A DNA stretch of 64,000 nucleotides. Source: Eledone cirrhosa. Lineage: Eukaryota. Both the position numbers and the translations under genes were made by a program. The first letter of the stretch is position 1; every line of letters begins with the position of its first letter. Positions 1 to 12,790 of the stretch are shown piece by piece. Below the pieces are notes generated by a model. The model saw only the letters and a list, made by a program, of their open reading frames with translations, was not told the origin of the DNA and did not search any database. The stretch is taken from NCBI GenBank assembly GCA_964016885.1, contig OZ024750.1, forward strand, positions 8,680,001-8,744,000, written 5' to 3'.

Positions 1-695
1 ATAGCAATTAAAAACCATGTCACATGACAATATTTTAAAGATGTAGTTAGTATGGAGAAATGTTAACTAAATCATTTTCTTCGTGCTAAACGGTTATCTG
101 ACATGTGTTACTAAATAGTTCTCTAAAGATAATATTATGCATTATAATAACAAACTATCAAAGTAATAGGGAAGCAAATCCTGTCGTCCATCTTTAGAAA
201 TTCCTATCTTTAATATAGGCAGTTTATAATTGCTATTTCACAGAAACCTCATTTCAACAATGAAAACAGGAATACCGATATCAGCATCTACATAAGATTA
301 GTATTATGTTTATTCAATCATAAACTAAGAGTGTATATCGTAATTACAATGGCGGTATGTAGTGTTATCGTATATTATGACGGAGGAAAGCGCTTGGGAT
401 AGAAAGTATATAACAGACATGAAGTAAATGAGATGCTTTAGAAAAAGAAATGATGAAAATTAAGTATTTTATTTTAACCCAGGTATGCTTATATAAAATA
501 TTGTATTATACAAATATATCGGAGTTAAAATCCATGGTCCGCTTGCTCGTGTAACACGGATGCTAATATTTGTAATAATTAAAATAAAATTAAAAGAATT
601 TATACCAAATTATGGTTTCCAGCTTTAGCACAAGGTCATTGAATGATTAAGTACGATTATATAGCGTATTAAATCGTGAAAACATAACACAACAC

Positions 696-698
<3 letters not shown>

Positions 699-733
<35 letters not shown>

Positions 734-1070
734 GTGTGTGTATAAGCAAGTATTGTACCAAGAAAATAAAACCTCGGCGTGAAGAGATTATGAATTTATT
801 TGCTTTAACATAAGTTTCTATGTCGATTGTAAATTGTCTACATATGCTGACTACAATATATATTGTTCAATCATTCATTCCGGATATACATAAACAAAAC
901 CTTATCTACCTAAGTATATATATATATTTATGTGTGTGTATATATATATATTTATGTGTGTGTATATATATATATGTGTGTGTGTGTGCATATATAAATA
1001 GTTATGTGTGTGTATGTATATATATATATTTATGTGTGTGTGTTTGTATATATGTGAAAATATATATTTA
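699..1070. repeat. (TA)n and compound TA/TG microsatellites
   Basis: Pure TA run at 699-731; interleaved TA/TG runs at 916-1068. Confidence 0.9.
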
Positions 1071-1674
1071 GCTGTTTAAGTATTTTGTGTCATAACACAA
1101 CTTTGTTTCAACTATCTCGGTTCGATAAAATAAATCTAGCGAAAATTTAAAATAAGTCTTATATTTCTCCTAAAAATTGTTATATTTTCATTAAAATAGT
1201 GAAATTCATTCAAACCATTTTCCTTTTATGTGTATTTCACTCTACATACCTTATCGTGCATTATTCCTCTCTTTGAAGTAAGAAATTATACAGCAATCTT
1301 AAACAGCTATTGTAGATGACTAAATTCAAAATATCCGTAATTGCTTCAATTTATTGCATGTAATTTTGTTATGACATTTTAACCGATGCGGAATATTATT
1401 AAATGTTGCTTTTGAATGTATTAAAATGAAGCATAAAATAATGTAAGCTGTATCTGAATTTCAACAAGGAATCTGAAATTGTTTTCATAATTGCTTGGAA
1501 TCTTACATCGGCATTTTCTGTTATTTCGAAAGCCTTTATCAAAATACAAAAATAAATAATATTTCAGGCAAATATATTTCTGTTTGAAATGTGGCGATAA
1601 TGCATGATAAAGAAAAAGATGAAAGAATATGTATGACAAGAAGAATATTTTGAAGTATGTGTATTTATATGTAT

Positions 1675-2780
1675 CTAGGGCGGGTAAAATTCCCGAGATC
1701 CATGAACGAGTTCTCTCCAGCGGTCTCTGTCCCTCATTATCGCTGCCATGTCCTGCGTCTCCAACAGACCAGTGTCTGTCCTTAGGGCATCAACATACGT
1801 AAACATTGGTCTTCCTCTTCCAGTGTGTCCATGTAAGGGCTCCCACAGGAACACTGAGTGCAATGTCAACTCTGGATGTCTGTGTCACTTTTGAGCTGAC
1901 TTTTGGGAGAACGGCTTCAGAGAGGCAAGATCAACTACCAGTCACATCCTGATGCTGAGATGGATATTAGAGGGAGCTAGAGCAAAGTGCCTTCCTGCGG
2001 TCATGGTTTTCATTGACTTTAGGAAGGTCTTTGATTCTGTGGACCGTCACTGCCTCATGAAGATCTTACAGGCTTATGGAATCTCCAAGAAGATAGTGGA
2101 CCTGATATCACTGCTCTACACCAAAACCAAAACCCAAGTCATTACACCTGATGGGATGACAGTTCTTTGAGATACTGGCTGGAGTGCTCCAGGGAGATAC
2201 ATTGGCTCCCTGCCTTTTTATCATCGTAGTGGACTATTGTGTGCGCCTTGTGTCCGGCTCGGAGCAGGAGAGTTAAGGCGAAAAGGATATCAGATGCTGA
2301 ATTTGCCGACGACAGTTTTGGTGACAAATACAGTGAAGGAAGCAGAGTATTTGATGCAGGAGGTTGAGACTGTGTCGATGAGTGTGGGGCTGAGAATGAA
2401 TGAGACTAAAACAAAATATCTGGTAGAGAATGTTGAGAAGCTAGAGGGGATCACTAATGTAGGCGGGAAGCCGCTAGGATTGGTTGAGGACTTCCTGTAT
2501 TTGGGGGCAAAGATTGGGAATACGGAAGATGATGTGGTTGAGAGGAAGAGCAAAGCTTGGGCGGCGTGCCACAGCTTGAGATCTCTGTGGAACTCGGAGC
2601 TTCGTAAAGACCTGAAATTCCGCCTCTTCATTGCTGTAGTGGAGTCTGTGCTGCTGTACGGGTCTGAGACTTGGACACTGACCAAGAAACTCACTCAGAT
2701 GGTGGATGGGTGCTACACGAGAATACTGAGGATGGCTCTGAACATTAATCAGTATACACTGAGGATAGAAAACTCAGAGC
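1675..2780 (-). mobile_element. RTE-type LINE insertion with 5' inversion (3' end on minus at 1675-~1885; inverted RT segment on plus at ~1890-2780)
   Basis: Minus 1885-1675 encodes HRHPELTLHSVFLWEPLHGHTGRGRP...RDRDRWRELV..PP* (RTE C-terminus). Plus 1900-2785 encodes frameshifted RT motifs ENGFREARST, FIDFRKVFDSVDR, AGVLQGDTLAP, EFADD, FLYLG, VLLYGSETW. Identical 15-bp tgtatttatatgtat at 1660-1674 and 2781-2795 is the TSD. Confidence 0.9.
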
Positions 2781-2814
2781 TGTATTTATATGTATATATG
2801 GTTATATATGTGTA

Positions 2815-3298
<484 letters not shown>

Positions 3299-4392
3299 GA
3301 AGACACTTCGAATGCAGAGTCGGGGCCAATCTGTAACAGATACTGCCTCGAGCTGATCGACGGAGAAACATATGTAATATGTTAATAAATGTGAGATGAT
3401 GCAATACTGATTCCTTGTTCTTTATAATAATTATATATGTTTGTGTTATTGAGTGTGCACAACTCTCAAATATCTTCAGGTATATTCTGTCTCATATGTG
3501 GCCATCCATACCAATATTTCACTTGGTTTAATATATTTTCCTATATATTTCTAATCGTGTGCAGATGTTCCATGATAAATCTCTTTCTAAGAATCCTGAT
3601 TTAAGTATATATTTAGGCTGTTTGACATAAAGTATTGATAGTTATTCTAGTTTTCTTCGCAATTTAAAATTTATATGTGATTGTAATCTTTCTTGTCACC
3701 TGAAATATTTCACATCAAGATAAACTGTTATTACAAACGTAGTAAATATTCTGTTTCAAACACTTATCGTTAAAATATATTTCACTGGGCTGAACAAAAT
3801 GTGTGTGTGTAAAACAAAAGTAATTTTTTGCATCTTTGTTTTCTACTTATGAAAATCTATCTTATCGAAGTCGTAACCTACGTTGATTGATATAATAGAC
3901 AGACACTGATAAAGCCAGTGACTTCAGCATGACCACAAAACTATGACTGCAGCCATCAGAAGCAATTAAGAAACCAAAATAATTCGTGATATTCATCTAC
4001 ATTTTGGAGAAAAACATCCTGAAATCTATCTAATTCACTTTCGCTTAAAGCAATACGCCTCGTCGCTTGAAGGGCTTTCTGCTACACATGTTAGTGCTGT
4101 AAATTAAATTTCCTCCCTGTGAGACACACACGTACACCTTTATGCTATAAACATTACTCTTAATATCTTCATACATATCTAAACTCGTTTGCAATTATCT
4201 AAAACAGTGAAAATTAATATACGATGCATAAATTTCCCGGGAAACGTGAACGATTGATTATTAATTGCAAGCAAAATAACGCTTCCAGTGATCTTTAACG
4301 TTGATTTGCTCCCAAAAACAATATACTAAGTATGTCTCTCATAATGAAATTCACTCATAAAAATTATTAAAATATGCATGCGTCCATATCCT

Positions 4393-4558
4393 TTGCAGTG
4401 TAATTAAAATATATAAACATATATATAATGATTATCATGTGTCTATATGTGCAGTTGTCGATACAAAAACATACCTTTGTTTATATACTTTAATTACACT
4501 GCAATGTTTTTGTATCGACAACTGCACATATAGACACATGATAATCATTATATATATG
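4393..4558. repeat. Compound local inverted duplication (X-Y-X'-Y')
   Basis: 4418-4472 is the reverse complement of 4504-4558; 4393-4419 is the reverse complement of 4478-4504 with 1 mismatch. Confidence 0.9.
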
Positions 4559-4765
4559 ATTATACATACGAATAAACATACATAAACGCATTTGATTCAT
4601 GAGAATATATACATTTATTCACATTTACAGACGCTGAAACATGAATATAGTTTTGGTTTTTTTTTTTTTACAACTCTTACTTGGGTCATATCAATATGAA
4701 AAATGTCAATCCTTTTTATTTTGTTTAAAACAAGACAATTGATTTGATGTAATCGAAGGAATAAG

Positions 4766-4803
<38 letters not shown>

Positions 4804-5047
4804 GTGTGTCTGTGTATATATATATATTTATTCATATTCATCTATCACTTCCCCAAACGCACATCATATTTTTTTTTAATTTTGCTCTTGAATATATATG
4901 CTGCAAATAATACAACAGGGTGTATTTTAGAGAATGGAAGAGAATGTGTTTGTTATATATACAAGTATTCTTGTATTTGTTTATAAATTTATATGTATAA
5001 CTATCAATCTTTTCTGTAAATGTTTACACATACTCGCGCGCGCTCAC

Positions 5048-5109
<62 letters not shown>

Positions 5110-5569
5110 ATTTTCTGCTATAAATAAAAACATTTTCTATGTATATATAAGCATATTTATTTTTAAATAAATATGGAATCTGAAACTTTAAGCTTTCTTT
5201 CCCATTGCCAAATTTTACACTGGTGAAAAATAATGTGAAGCATTTTTATGATTTCCATTGTTAACTTCCTAAAAGCTAAAAACAAATATCAAAATATATC
5301 GAGAATGAGAAACGGGGGAAATAGAAAATCATAGAATAACAAATATTGTTCTAGTGATGTTTTTGCAACGAGATCCAAATTTCAATTTTTGCTTATGTAA
5401 ACATTACCTATAGGGACATTGCTTAGATAAATTACTCAACACCTAGTTCAATACTTGCAGATGAATATGTGGTATTTTCTGGGATGAATTATCACATATA
5501 TTTGAATTTCTTCAATATATAACAAAAAATGAATTATGAAGAAATACTAATATCAAAATACACTGAAAT

Positions 5570-5930
5570 ATTATCTTGTAGATCATCGCTACCTTCATTT
5601 CAGAAACATCCTATTGGGAATGACAATTGCGTAACGAATAAAAGACTTTATATAATATTCGCATATACTCTAAATGTATAGAGAAGTTTGGGAAAGAATA
5701 AAATGCGTTGTTCTTTTGTTTAATATATTTCTCGTGTTAGGTATTATTTCTTTCGATATTCTTTTCAGAATTATAAGATGTTTGATGTAATATAATACAT
5801 AGAGTATCTGCAAAACTCTGGAATATTGAAGATACATTTCTGGTCCTATATTCCTCATTAAGTTTCTATCGACCCGTGCTGAAATCTTTTTCAAATATAA
5901 TAATTCTTCACGCATACTGATCATTTTAAT
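5570..5930 (-). pseudogene. Very decayed non-LTR RT relic (tentative)
   Basis: Minus ORF contains YLKKISARVDRNLM, resembling DLKKAFDRVDR; remaining motifs barely recognisable. Confidence 0.3.
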
Positions 5931-6044
5931 TTGTTTGAAATCAAAAACTTTCCATTAGTCTGTATTTTTGTAGTAGACTGCCAATCTTCATGAGTAACCT
6001 TTCTCAGAAATACAAATAAACGAACATGATATACTAATGATTGC

Positions 6045-6261
6045 ATTGAAATAGAATCGGTAGAGCGTCGGACATCATGCTCTGTAATATAGTTATGACC
6101 TTTTACGGTCTGAGTTCTAATCCCGCAGAGGTTAGCTTTGCCTTTCTTCCTTACGAGGTCGACAAAATAAAGTACCAGTGATGCACTGGAGTCGATCTAA
6201 TCGACTTGCTCCCTCCCTCCCTCAATATTGCTGACCTTGTGCCTTAATCAGAAACCGTTAT
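6045..6261 (+). mobile_element. tRNA-derived SINE family A (long variant)
   Basis: B-box-like gagttctaatcc, central tttgcctttc..gtcgac..aaataaagtaccag, gtcgatctaatcgac hairpin, 3' ccttgtgcc..gaaac. Confidence 0.85.
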
Positions 6262-7001
6262 GTCACCTTACTGGAATATATGTTTATTCCTAAAAAGATT
6301 GTACTAATTGGAACAATGAAACACAATTATATTAAATTAACAATATATGAATATGAAATATTAAACATTTAAAAGCAACATGCCTTAGTATTCTGTGTAG
6401 TTTGGTGACATTTCCATTAGTCAACTAATGTTGCAGTACAGGTATAAGAGCTTATTATTACATTACAATTGACTGTAATTATTTTAGTTTACCTATGAAC
6501 AAATGAAATGACGAACAATGTCTAATGATAATTGTTGAAGATAGTTGAGAAATATTTAAACTGTATTTATTTATTATCTTCTCTATTTCGTTTTAAGAAT
6601 AATTCCGAGCAACATAATTCTACTTTTTGTTGCGAATCAAATGAACTTTGATATTTGCAATAACAATGTTTGTTACTAATAATACAACTGATATCCTTCA
6701 AAACGATTTAATCGTTTATATAAATTCTAGATTCAAAACAAGATATATCTTGACATTTATTATTTGAGTAGGATCATACAACCTGCTGCAATTTTATACA
6801 CACAGTCTTGTTTTTTTACCTCTTTATATGACTTGATTTAATGAAACCTCAACAAACAAAAGCATTTATATGCATAAGATTTTACATGCATATATGAACA
6901 TACACGCACGGACACACACTCACTCACGGACACACACTCACTCACTCACTCATGGACACATACTCACTCACTTTGTACATATATATATATATATATATAT
7001 A

Positions 7002-7078
7002 TGAGTGCGGCAAAAATACCACCCACGTTTTAAGGGTTGACCGTATCAAATATAAACGGTTTTTCCGCTGCACCCTGT
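7002..7078. mobile_element. Tiny degenerate Tc1/mariner-type MITE remnant (tentative)
   Basis: Imperfect inverted ends gagtgcggcaaaaatacc / cggtttttccgctgcaccctg between microsatellites. Confidence 0.35.
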
Positions 7079-8024
7079 GTGTGTGTCTGAAAGATCTGTT
7101 AAAACGTTCTAATCACTCAAAATCATAGCACACCGTCTTAAAAACGAAGGTCATGGAGGACAAGATATATAAAACATTTGGAATTTTTAGTTTGACCAGC
7201 CCTGTAGTTAGAAAACAATCCTATTCCGAAATCGACATTATCCTCTATACGCAATTTCAACACCATTCAGAGACCACTGTGGATTATTATATCCAGAGAA
7301 CGCATACATAGCAAAGCAATATAGTATCCTAGTTAATATCATTAGCCCCAAACAATGTGCTGGGATGCTTACGATTGTCACCCCCCCCCCCCCCTTCCCA
7401 CCATTTCGGCAGTCAATATTACCAGAATTGACTAGCAGAAGACAGTACACACAACAAAATTCGCGTTCTGCCAGGTTACAATCAATATTGAAAGTAACTC
7501 ATCCCAAACTCCCGTTTAATCCAAGACATTGAACATCTGGAAAAATGGATCTTTCAGTAAATCAAATTCATTCGACAGACTTCCTAAAGGTTTGTTCAAC
7601 CAGAGCTTACCTATGGCTAAACGAAAACATTAACATTATCATACAGAATTACAAACTGAACAATCTCTTGTTACAAGACTGACTGTGCCTTCAACGATGA
7701 ATAGCGCCACTTTTCCAGCTCTCACTCTTCTTTGTTGTTCCCTTTGACAAAAGATAATACGAACTAACAAGTAGAAATGCACATATGTTAGTATTTCTAA
7801 CAGTGGAGAAAATATCTCCCCCTAATCACATTCACTAGTTTCCTTTAACATAATTAACTGTTATGTTAAAGGTATGTTTCTCCTCTCCGATATAATTCTA
7901 TTTCATTAGACTATCTTAGCTGACTACTTTAACTATGTTTTCACTGACTAAACTAAATATAATCTGGATTGATTGCAGTCCAACTAATAATTCACTGTGA
8001 AAATTAATTTAAATTTTCACCTCA

Positions 8025-8064
8025 ATTTTTTTATTTTTTTATTTTTTTTTATTTTTTTTTTATT

Positions 8065-8107
<43 letters not shown>

Positions 8108-8120
8108 TTTTTTTTTTATT
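8025..8120. repeat. Poly(T)/(TTTA)n tract
   Basis: Directly visible. Confidence 0.9.
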
Positions 8121-8565
8121 TCTACGCTTTCAATAAATTTTCACCGGTTAGTTAAATTGATCGATCATCTGTTCCAGTATGTTATATATAATGTTGCATC
8201 TTAAATAGATGCTTTAACAGTAAACTCTTCACCGAAACAGTCTTACAACAGAACTAAATCATAATTACGTGCCTGGAATATATGTACATGATTATATAAG
8301 AGTAGAGACCTGATCTATTAGATCTAATGATTTAAGATACAGTTTTTGTGCATTACCATAGGCTCAAGAATTTCTAGGTGAGAGACATCATAGATGAAAT
8401 CTATCTCAGCTTATACCTGTCTTTTGTCATAGTGAATCCAGGGAGAAATAACAGAACACACCCACTGTTTCGTTTGGGTTGGTATTCGCTTCTGTATATT
8501 TTATATCTCCATAGTTAATTTATCTGGTAATCAATTTTCTGTTTTATATATATATATATATATAC

Positions 8566-8660
8566 AATGATATTAAATAAATGGAAAGTATATTTATAAA
8601 ACCATATTTATTTTATTATATATATTTCAAGGGTACCAAGACACATTGGTAGATAAAAAC
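8566..8660 (-). mobile_element. Penelope-like pLTR remnant with deleted minimal hammerhead (copy 1)
   Basis: About 95 bp similar to 50357-50460; minus reads tttttat-CT[deletion]accaa..ttggtaccctt-GAAA-TATATATA-ataaaat. Confidence 0.5.
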
Positions 8661-9174
8661 TCATATAACGTTAATTTGAGGGAAATATATTCTAAGTATA
8701 TATCTTAATAGTAGTTTTTTAAAATTTGTTTATATTTTTCTTCTGTTATAAGTAGATAAATACATAAATAAATAAATAGATAGATGGGTATATCATGTTA
8801 TAGATAATTGTTCTAATGAGTTATGAGGGATATTGGTTTTGTATTTAATGTACATAAATATTAAGTTAAATTAAATTAAATTAACTGAGTTAATAAGAAT
8901 ATTTATATGATTTAAAATGGGAAGATACGGAAAAACTCCGGTTTAATTTATTTATTTCTAACAAATTAAATACCCCTTCTACTTATATATATATATTGTG
9001 TGTGTGTGTGTATAATAGTTTTAACGTGTTGTTCAATCTAGTTTGGTGTTCTCTTACCAGTCGACTAATTTCTATGTGGCAATTACTACCAAACATTTAA
9101 AGTTTTAGTCGGGAGTAATTGGGATAATCCACTTTGAAAAGATATAGTTTATTCCAAGCCATGATATTATATTT

Positions 9175-9237
9175 ACCTGTGGAAGACAGCGAAGGAGATG
9201 CGCCGAAACAACCACTCCACTTCCTGGGTTTCGTACT
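9175..9237 (-). mobile_element. Short CRE-clade retrotransposon 3' fragment
   Basis: Encodes ETQEVEWLFRRISFAVFH, matching EPRELEWLFQRVSLAVFR at 20225-20280. Confidence 0.7.
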
Positions 9238-9904
9238 ATCCTAATAAATAGTTGGTTTGTAAATATATATTAATATGGATTACTGACGTCATTCCAAAAG
9301 CATATTCGTTTGATTGTGAAGAAAGCAGTTGTTTGATTCGTGTCCAGGAATGACAACAATGTATGCTGTGAAGTAGGGACATAATAGCTCGCGTTCTTTT
9401 ATATTTGCATGTATTAATCTTCATTGTTTGGAAGATATGCTTGCCTTATTTATAACGCAAATGATTCAATAACATTACATGTGTTACTAAAAACTGCAAT
9501 TAGTTTGTAAATAATTTCAAGACAACCAATTATGTAAGAAAAGGTGATCTCAGCTACATGTCTGATTAATTACTTCTATGAAAAGTGTTCTACTTGAAAA
9601 TGCTGAACTCATCCTATCCTCTCGAGATAAAGCGTTTGTTATTTTATGCATTATCGTGACTTTATATTTACCACACATGCCATTATCAATTTCTTCAGTG
9701 TTTTCATTAGAGAAGCGTTTGTATTCATTCAGATATTTCACTCTTCACTACTTTGGAAGAGACAAAGTAGTTGAGTACACGGATAATAACAAGAGGATAT
9801 TTGGTTGAGAGCTCTATATATCCCGATTCTCCCAAATATCACTATTTCATCTCTGATTAATATTTTGGTATTTGATTTTATTATAAGTATTACCTACTTG
9901 TGAA

Positions 9905-10113
9905 GGACGGTGGAATGGCAGTATAGGTAGAGGGTCGAACACCATGCTTTGCAGCATAGAGTTACGGCCGTTTATGATATGAGTTCAAATCCCGCCGAGG
10001 TTAACTTTGCCTTTCATCCTTACGGGGTCGGTTAAATAAAATACCAGTCGATTAAATCGACTTTCCCCTCCTCCCAAATTGCTGGCCTTGTGCCTATATA
10101 AGAAACCATTATT
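9905..10113 (+). mobile_element. SINE family A with TSD
   Basis: A box tggcagtatagg, B box gagttcaaatcc; tattacctacttgtga duplicated on both sides. Confidence 0.9.
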
Positions 10114-10125
10114 ACCTACTTGTGA

Positions 10126-10263
10126 GGGTGGGGGATTGGCAGTGTTGACAAAGCAACAGATAATATACTTTGTGCCATATATATTTATGTCTCTTTACGT
10201 TCTGAGTTCAAATCTCGCCGAGGTTAGCTTTGCTTTTCATCCGTACAGGAATGATAAAATAAA
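10126..10263 (+). mobile_element. SINE family A, older and 3'-truncated
   Basis: ggattggcagt...gagttcaaatctcgccgaggttagctttgcttttcatcc. Confidence 0.8.
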
Positions 10264-10873
10264 TTCTTTGTTAGAACTGCTACTAGTACCTAAACTATAA
10301 TTTACGTCACCTTCAATTCGTGGTTTTGTTATTTTTTTTTATATATGCCATGACACCAGGATCAAGCTAAAGGAAAAACATCTTTTTCTTTTCTTGCTGT
10401 CTGTTGTCCAATGATTCATTAGCATTTGGCAAAGTTATACACGAACTTCTTGTGTAGGAAACAATATTCGTTTGAATATATACATATTATATTCTCAGTA
10501 GAGAATATATATTTTCATACATTTCCATACATTTCCATACACTATATGCGAAAATTTTCAGACAGTTAAAAAAGAAAATTATGCAGTGAAACTCAACTTA
10601 TAACCACCCATGTAGTTCCAGTCAATGTTTACTTCCTAATGCAATGCAAAACTGTACTACTATAATTTCCCCTTTCTGTATAATAGTAAAGTTATTATAA
10701 GTTTTACTTTTTATATTCTGAAATAACATTTCAGTTATTTATAACTCTCTTGCCTTCTCTATTCTGTCCAGTGGGTTGGCCAGGACGTGGACCGCGCCAT
10801 TTTCTCATAATAGTGAGAGGTAAGGCTAGTAGGAGTCAGTGGAAGTTTGGTACCTTTGTATTATGGCCTGCTG

Positions 10874-10902
<29 letters not shown>

Positions 10903-10904
<2 letters not shown>

Positions 10905-10950
10905 AGTTTAAGCAAAGAATCACCTTAACAGGATCTTCTGAAACTAAAAA
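10903..10950 (-). mobile_element. Hammerhead-like repeat, CAGAAGA family (copy C, GAAA deleted)
   Basis: Minus reads agttt-CAGAAGA-tcctgttaaggtga[del]ttctttgcttaaact; homologous to 46241 and 55450. Confidence 0.55.
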
Positions 10951-11279
10951 AGTCAATCTGTCAACGCAGAAGTAAATATTTCAAAAAACGTTGCAGCCGA
11001 AGGAAGACAGGAAGACGATACTTTGGTTCGTGGAAACGTTCCCTGGCGAAGAACGAAAAAAAACGAAGATACTACGTCATTATGTGGAACGGTGAGAACA
11101 ATTACACGCAATTTTAGTCTTCAAATTTATTATTACTACTATATATATATATTTACCGCACCATACATATTTTATGATAGCAACTTACATCATAAATATG
11201 TAATCAATGTTCATTCAATACAATGCTCTATTTTCTCATCACAATCTTTTTGTGATGAAAGTATAATAAATTAAACCTG

Positions 11280-11422
11280 TTACTTCACTGGTACTTTAAT
11301 GTACCGTTCCCGGAAATATGGAAGACGACGTTAACACCAACATACTTTGAACTTAGAACGGAAAAGTTTTAACTAAATACCACAAAATATTTTGACCGAC
11401 AGACTGACGTCTCTGCCAATTT
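11280..11422 (-). mobile_element. Diverged SINE family A
   Basis: actggtacttt...tttgaacttagaacg...ctgccaat. Confidence 0.6.
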
Positions 11423-11927
11423 AAATGGACATACCTACTTTATTAGCATACATAAATATAAATTAATCATTAAGTGTCTAGCTAAATAACGCATGTGGAA
11501 ACGTAACCGCAGGGTAGAATTTTGTGATTATTAGTCTAACAATAAATCGCATTATTTCTCAATAGGAATAAATTCTTAATTATTTATAACTTTTAATTAC
11601 TGTTGAGCTTGGATTTTTCTATAGTTACATATACATTTTGCAGTCCAATTATAAGGTAACGTGAAGTTAGATTCCTAAAACCATGTTCCAGCAGGTTTAA
11701 AGTTAACCTATGTGAAAGGTCTTACGTTAATAATCTAGTTAAGACGTAAAGGGCTGCTGGAGATTGTGTTAAGCAAGAGTATTTCATAAATGTATTACCA
11801 TATGTTTAACACACCGTAATTAATTGTACTTTAATATTTAATTACAATATCGGGAAAGATATAAGTCGAAGACTACGTGGATATCACTTCAATGTTACTA
11901 ATTCGTAAATACCGTATAGATTACAAA

Positions 11928-12008
11928 TCTCTCTCTCTCTCTCTCGCGTGCCCTCTCTGTCTCTCTCTCTCTCTCTCGCGTGCCCTCTCTGTCTCTCTCT
12001 CTCTCTCT
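11928..12008. repeat. (CT)n compound microsatellite with duplicated ~32-bp unit
   Basis: ctcgcgtgccctctctgtctct occurs twice. Confidence 0.85.
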
Positions 12009-12074
12009 GTTGAATGGTGTCGAATAGATTGCTTTGAACTACTCGTTCCGGCTCTCTGGCCGCGGTTAATGTGT

Positions 12075-12225
12075 ATCCTTTCAAAGTCGATATAAATATA
12101 TCAGTCCAATACTGGGGTCGATTCTTCCTCCCTATCTGTCTCTTTCTTTCTTTCTCTGAAAGGATTCGGCTGGATTCTCACTTGGAAAGGGATGTGCTTC
12201 ATTAGGTTTCAAATTCTCGAAGTAT
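12075..12225 (+). mobile_element. Diverged composite SINE (family A central domain + CT tract + alternative tail)
   Basis: atcctttcaaagtcgata..cagtccaatactggggtcgattcttcct, a CT tract, then ctgaaaggattcggctggattc; similar to 61047-61385. Confidence 0.5.
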
Positions 12226-12282
12226 TACAGCCATACATATACATGTATTATTTAACAATCATTATTCCTGACAAAGTAGGGA

Positions 12283-12462
12283 ATAATTGTTTCTACTTTT
12301 GGCACAAGGCCAGCAATTACTCAGTACATTACTGGTACTTTATTATATCGACCCCCGTAGGGATGAAAGGAGAAGTTAACCTCAACGGGATTTGAACTCA
12401 GACCGTAAAGGGACGTAACTACGCTAGAAAGCATGGCGTCCAACCATCTACCGATACTGCCA
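12283..12462 (-). mobile_element. SINE family A (short variant)
   Basis: Near-consensus copy; ggaataat TSD. Confidence 0.92.
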
Positions 12463-12649
12463 GGAATAATGACAATTATTCAAACTTATTAACCAAACTA
12501 GTGGCATGTGTGCGATGTTAATTAGATGTGTGCGATGTTAATTAGATGTTAAAAGATGGTTTTGTAAAAGTAATTTGCAAGAAGTCTATTTTACAGACTC
12601 TGTGAAATACCTAAACCTTTCCAGTGCCTCAAACTTTTTTGCTGTATTT

Positions 12650-12790
12650 AGTCATATTCATTTGTGTTCTGAGTTCAAATCCAGCTATGAGCAGCTTTCA
12701 CTTTCATCATTATGGGACCGATAACATAAGTTCCAGTAACACAAGGTTAGTTCAGTCGACTATGCTCTCCGTTTACAAACTTTCGAGAAG
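12650..12790 (+). mobile_element. Diverged SINE family A
   Basis: gttctgagttcaaatcc..gctttcactttcatc..gataacataagttccag. Confidence 0.6.

Noticed and set aside
200-480. APE endonuclease remnant (IIAI..ET.., GG)
   Set aside because: Too degenerate to support without a profile search.
535-575. Helitron 3' hairpin
   Set aside because: Imperfect hairpin and no CTRR terminus.
9178-9241. Apparent 64-nt minus-strand exon (ag...gtaaat)
   Set aside because: Sequence encodes the CRE retrotransposon C-terminus; splice-like ends are probably coincidental.
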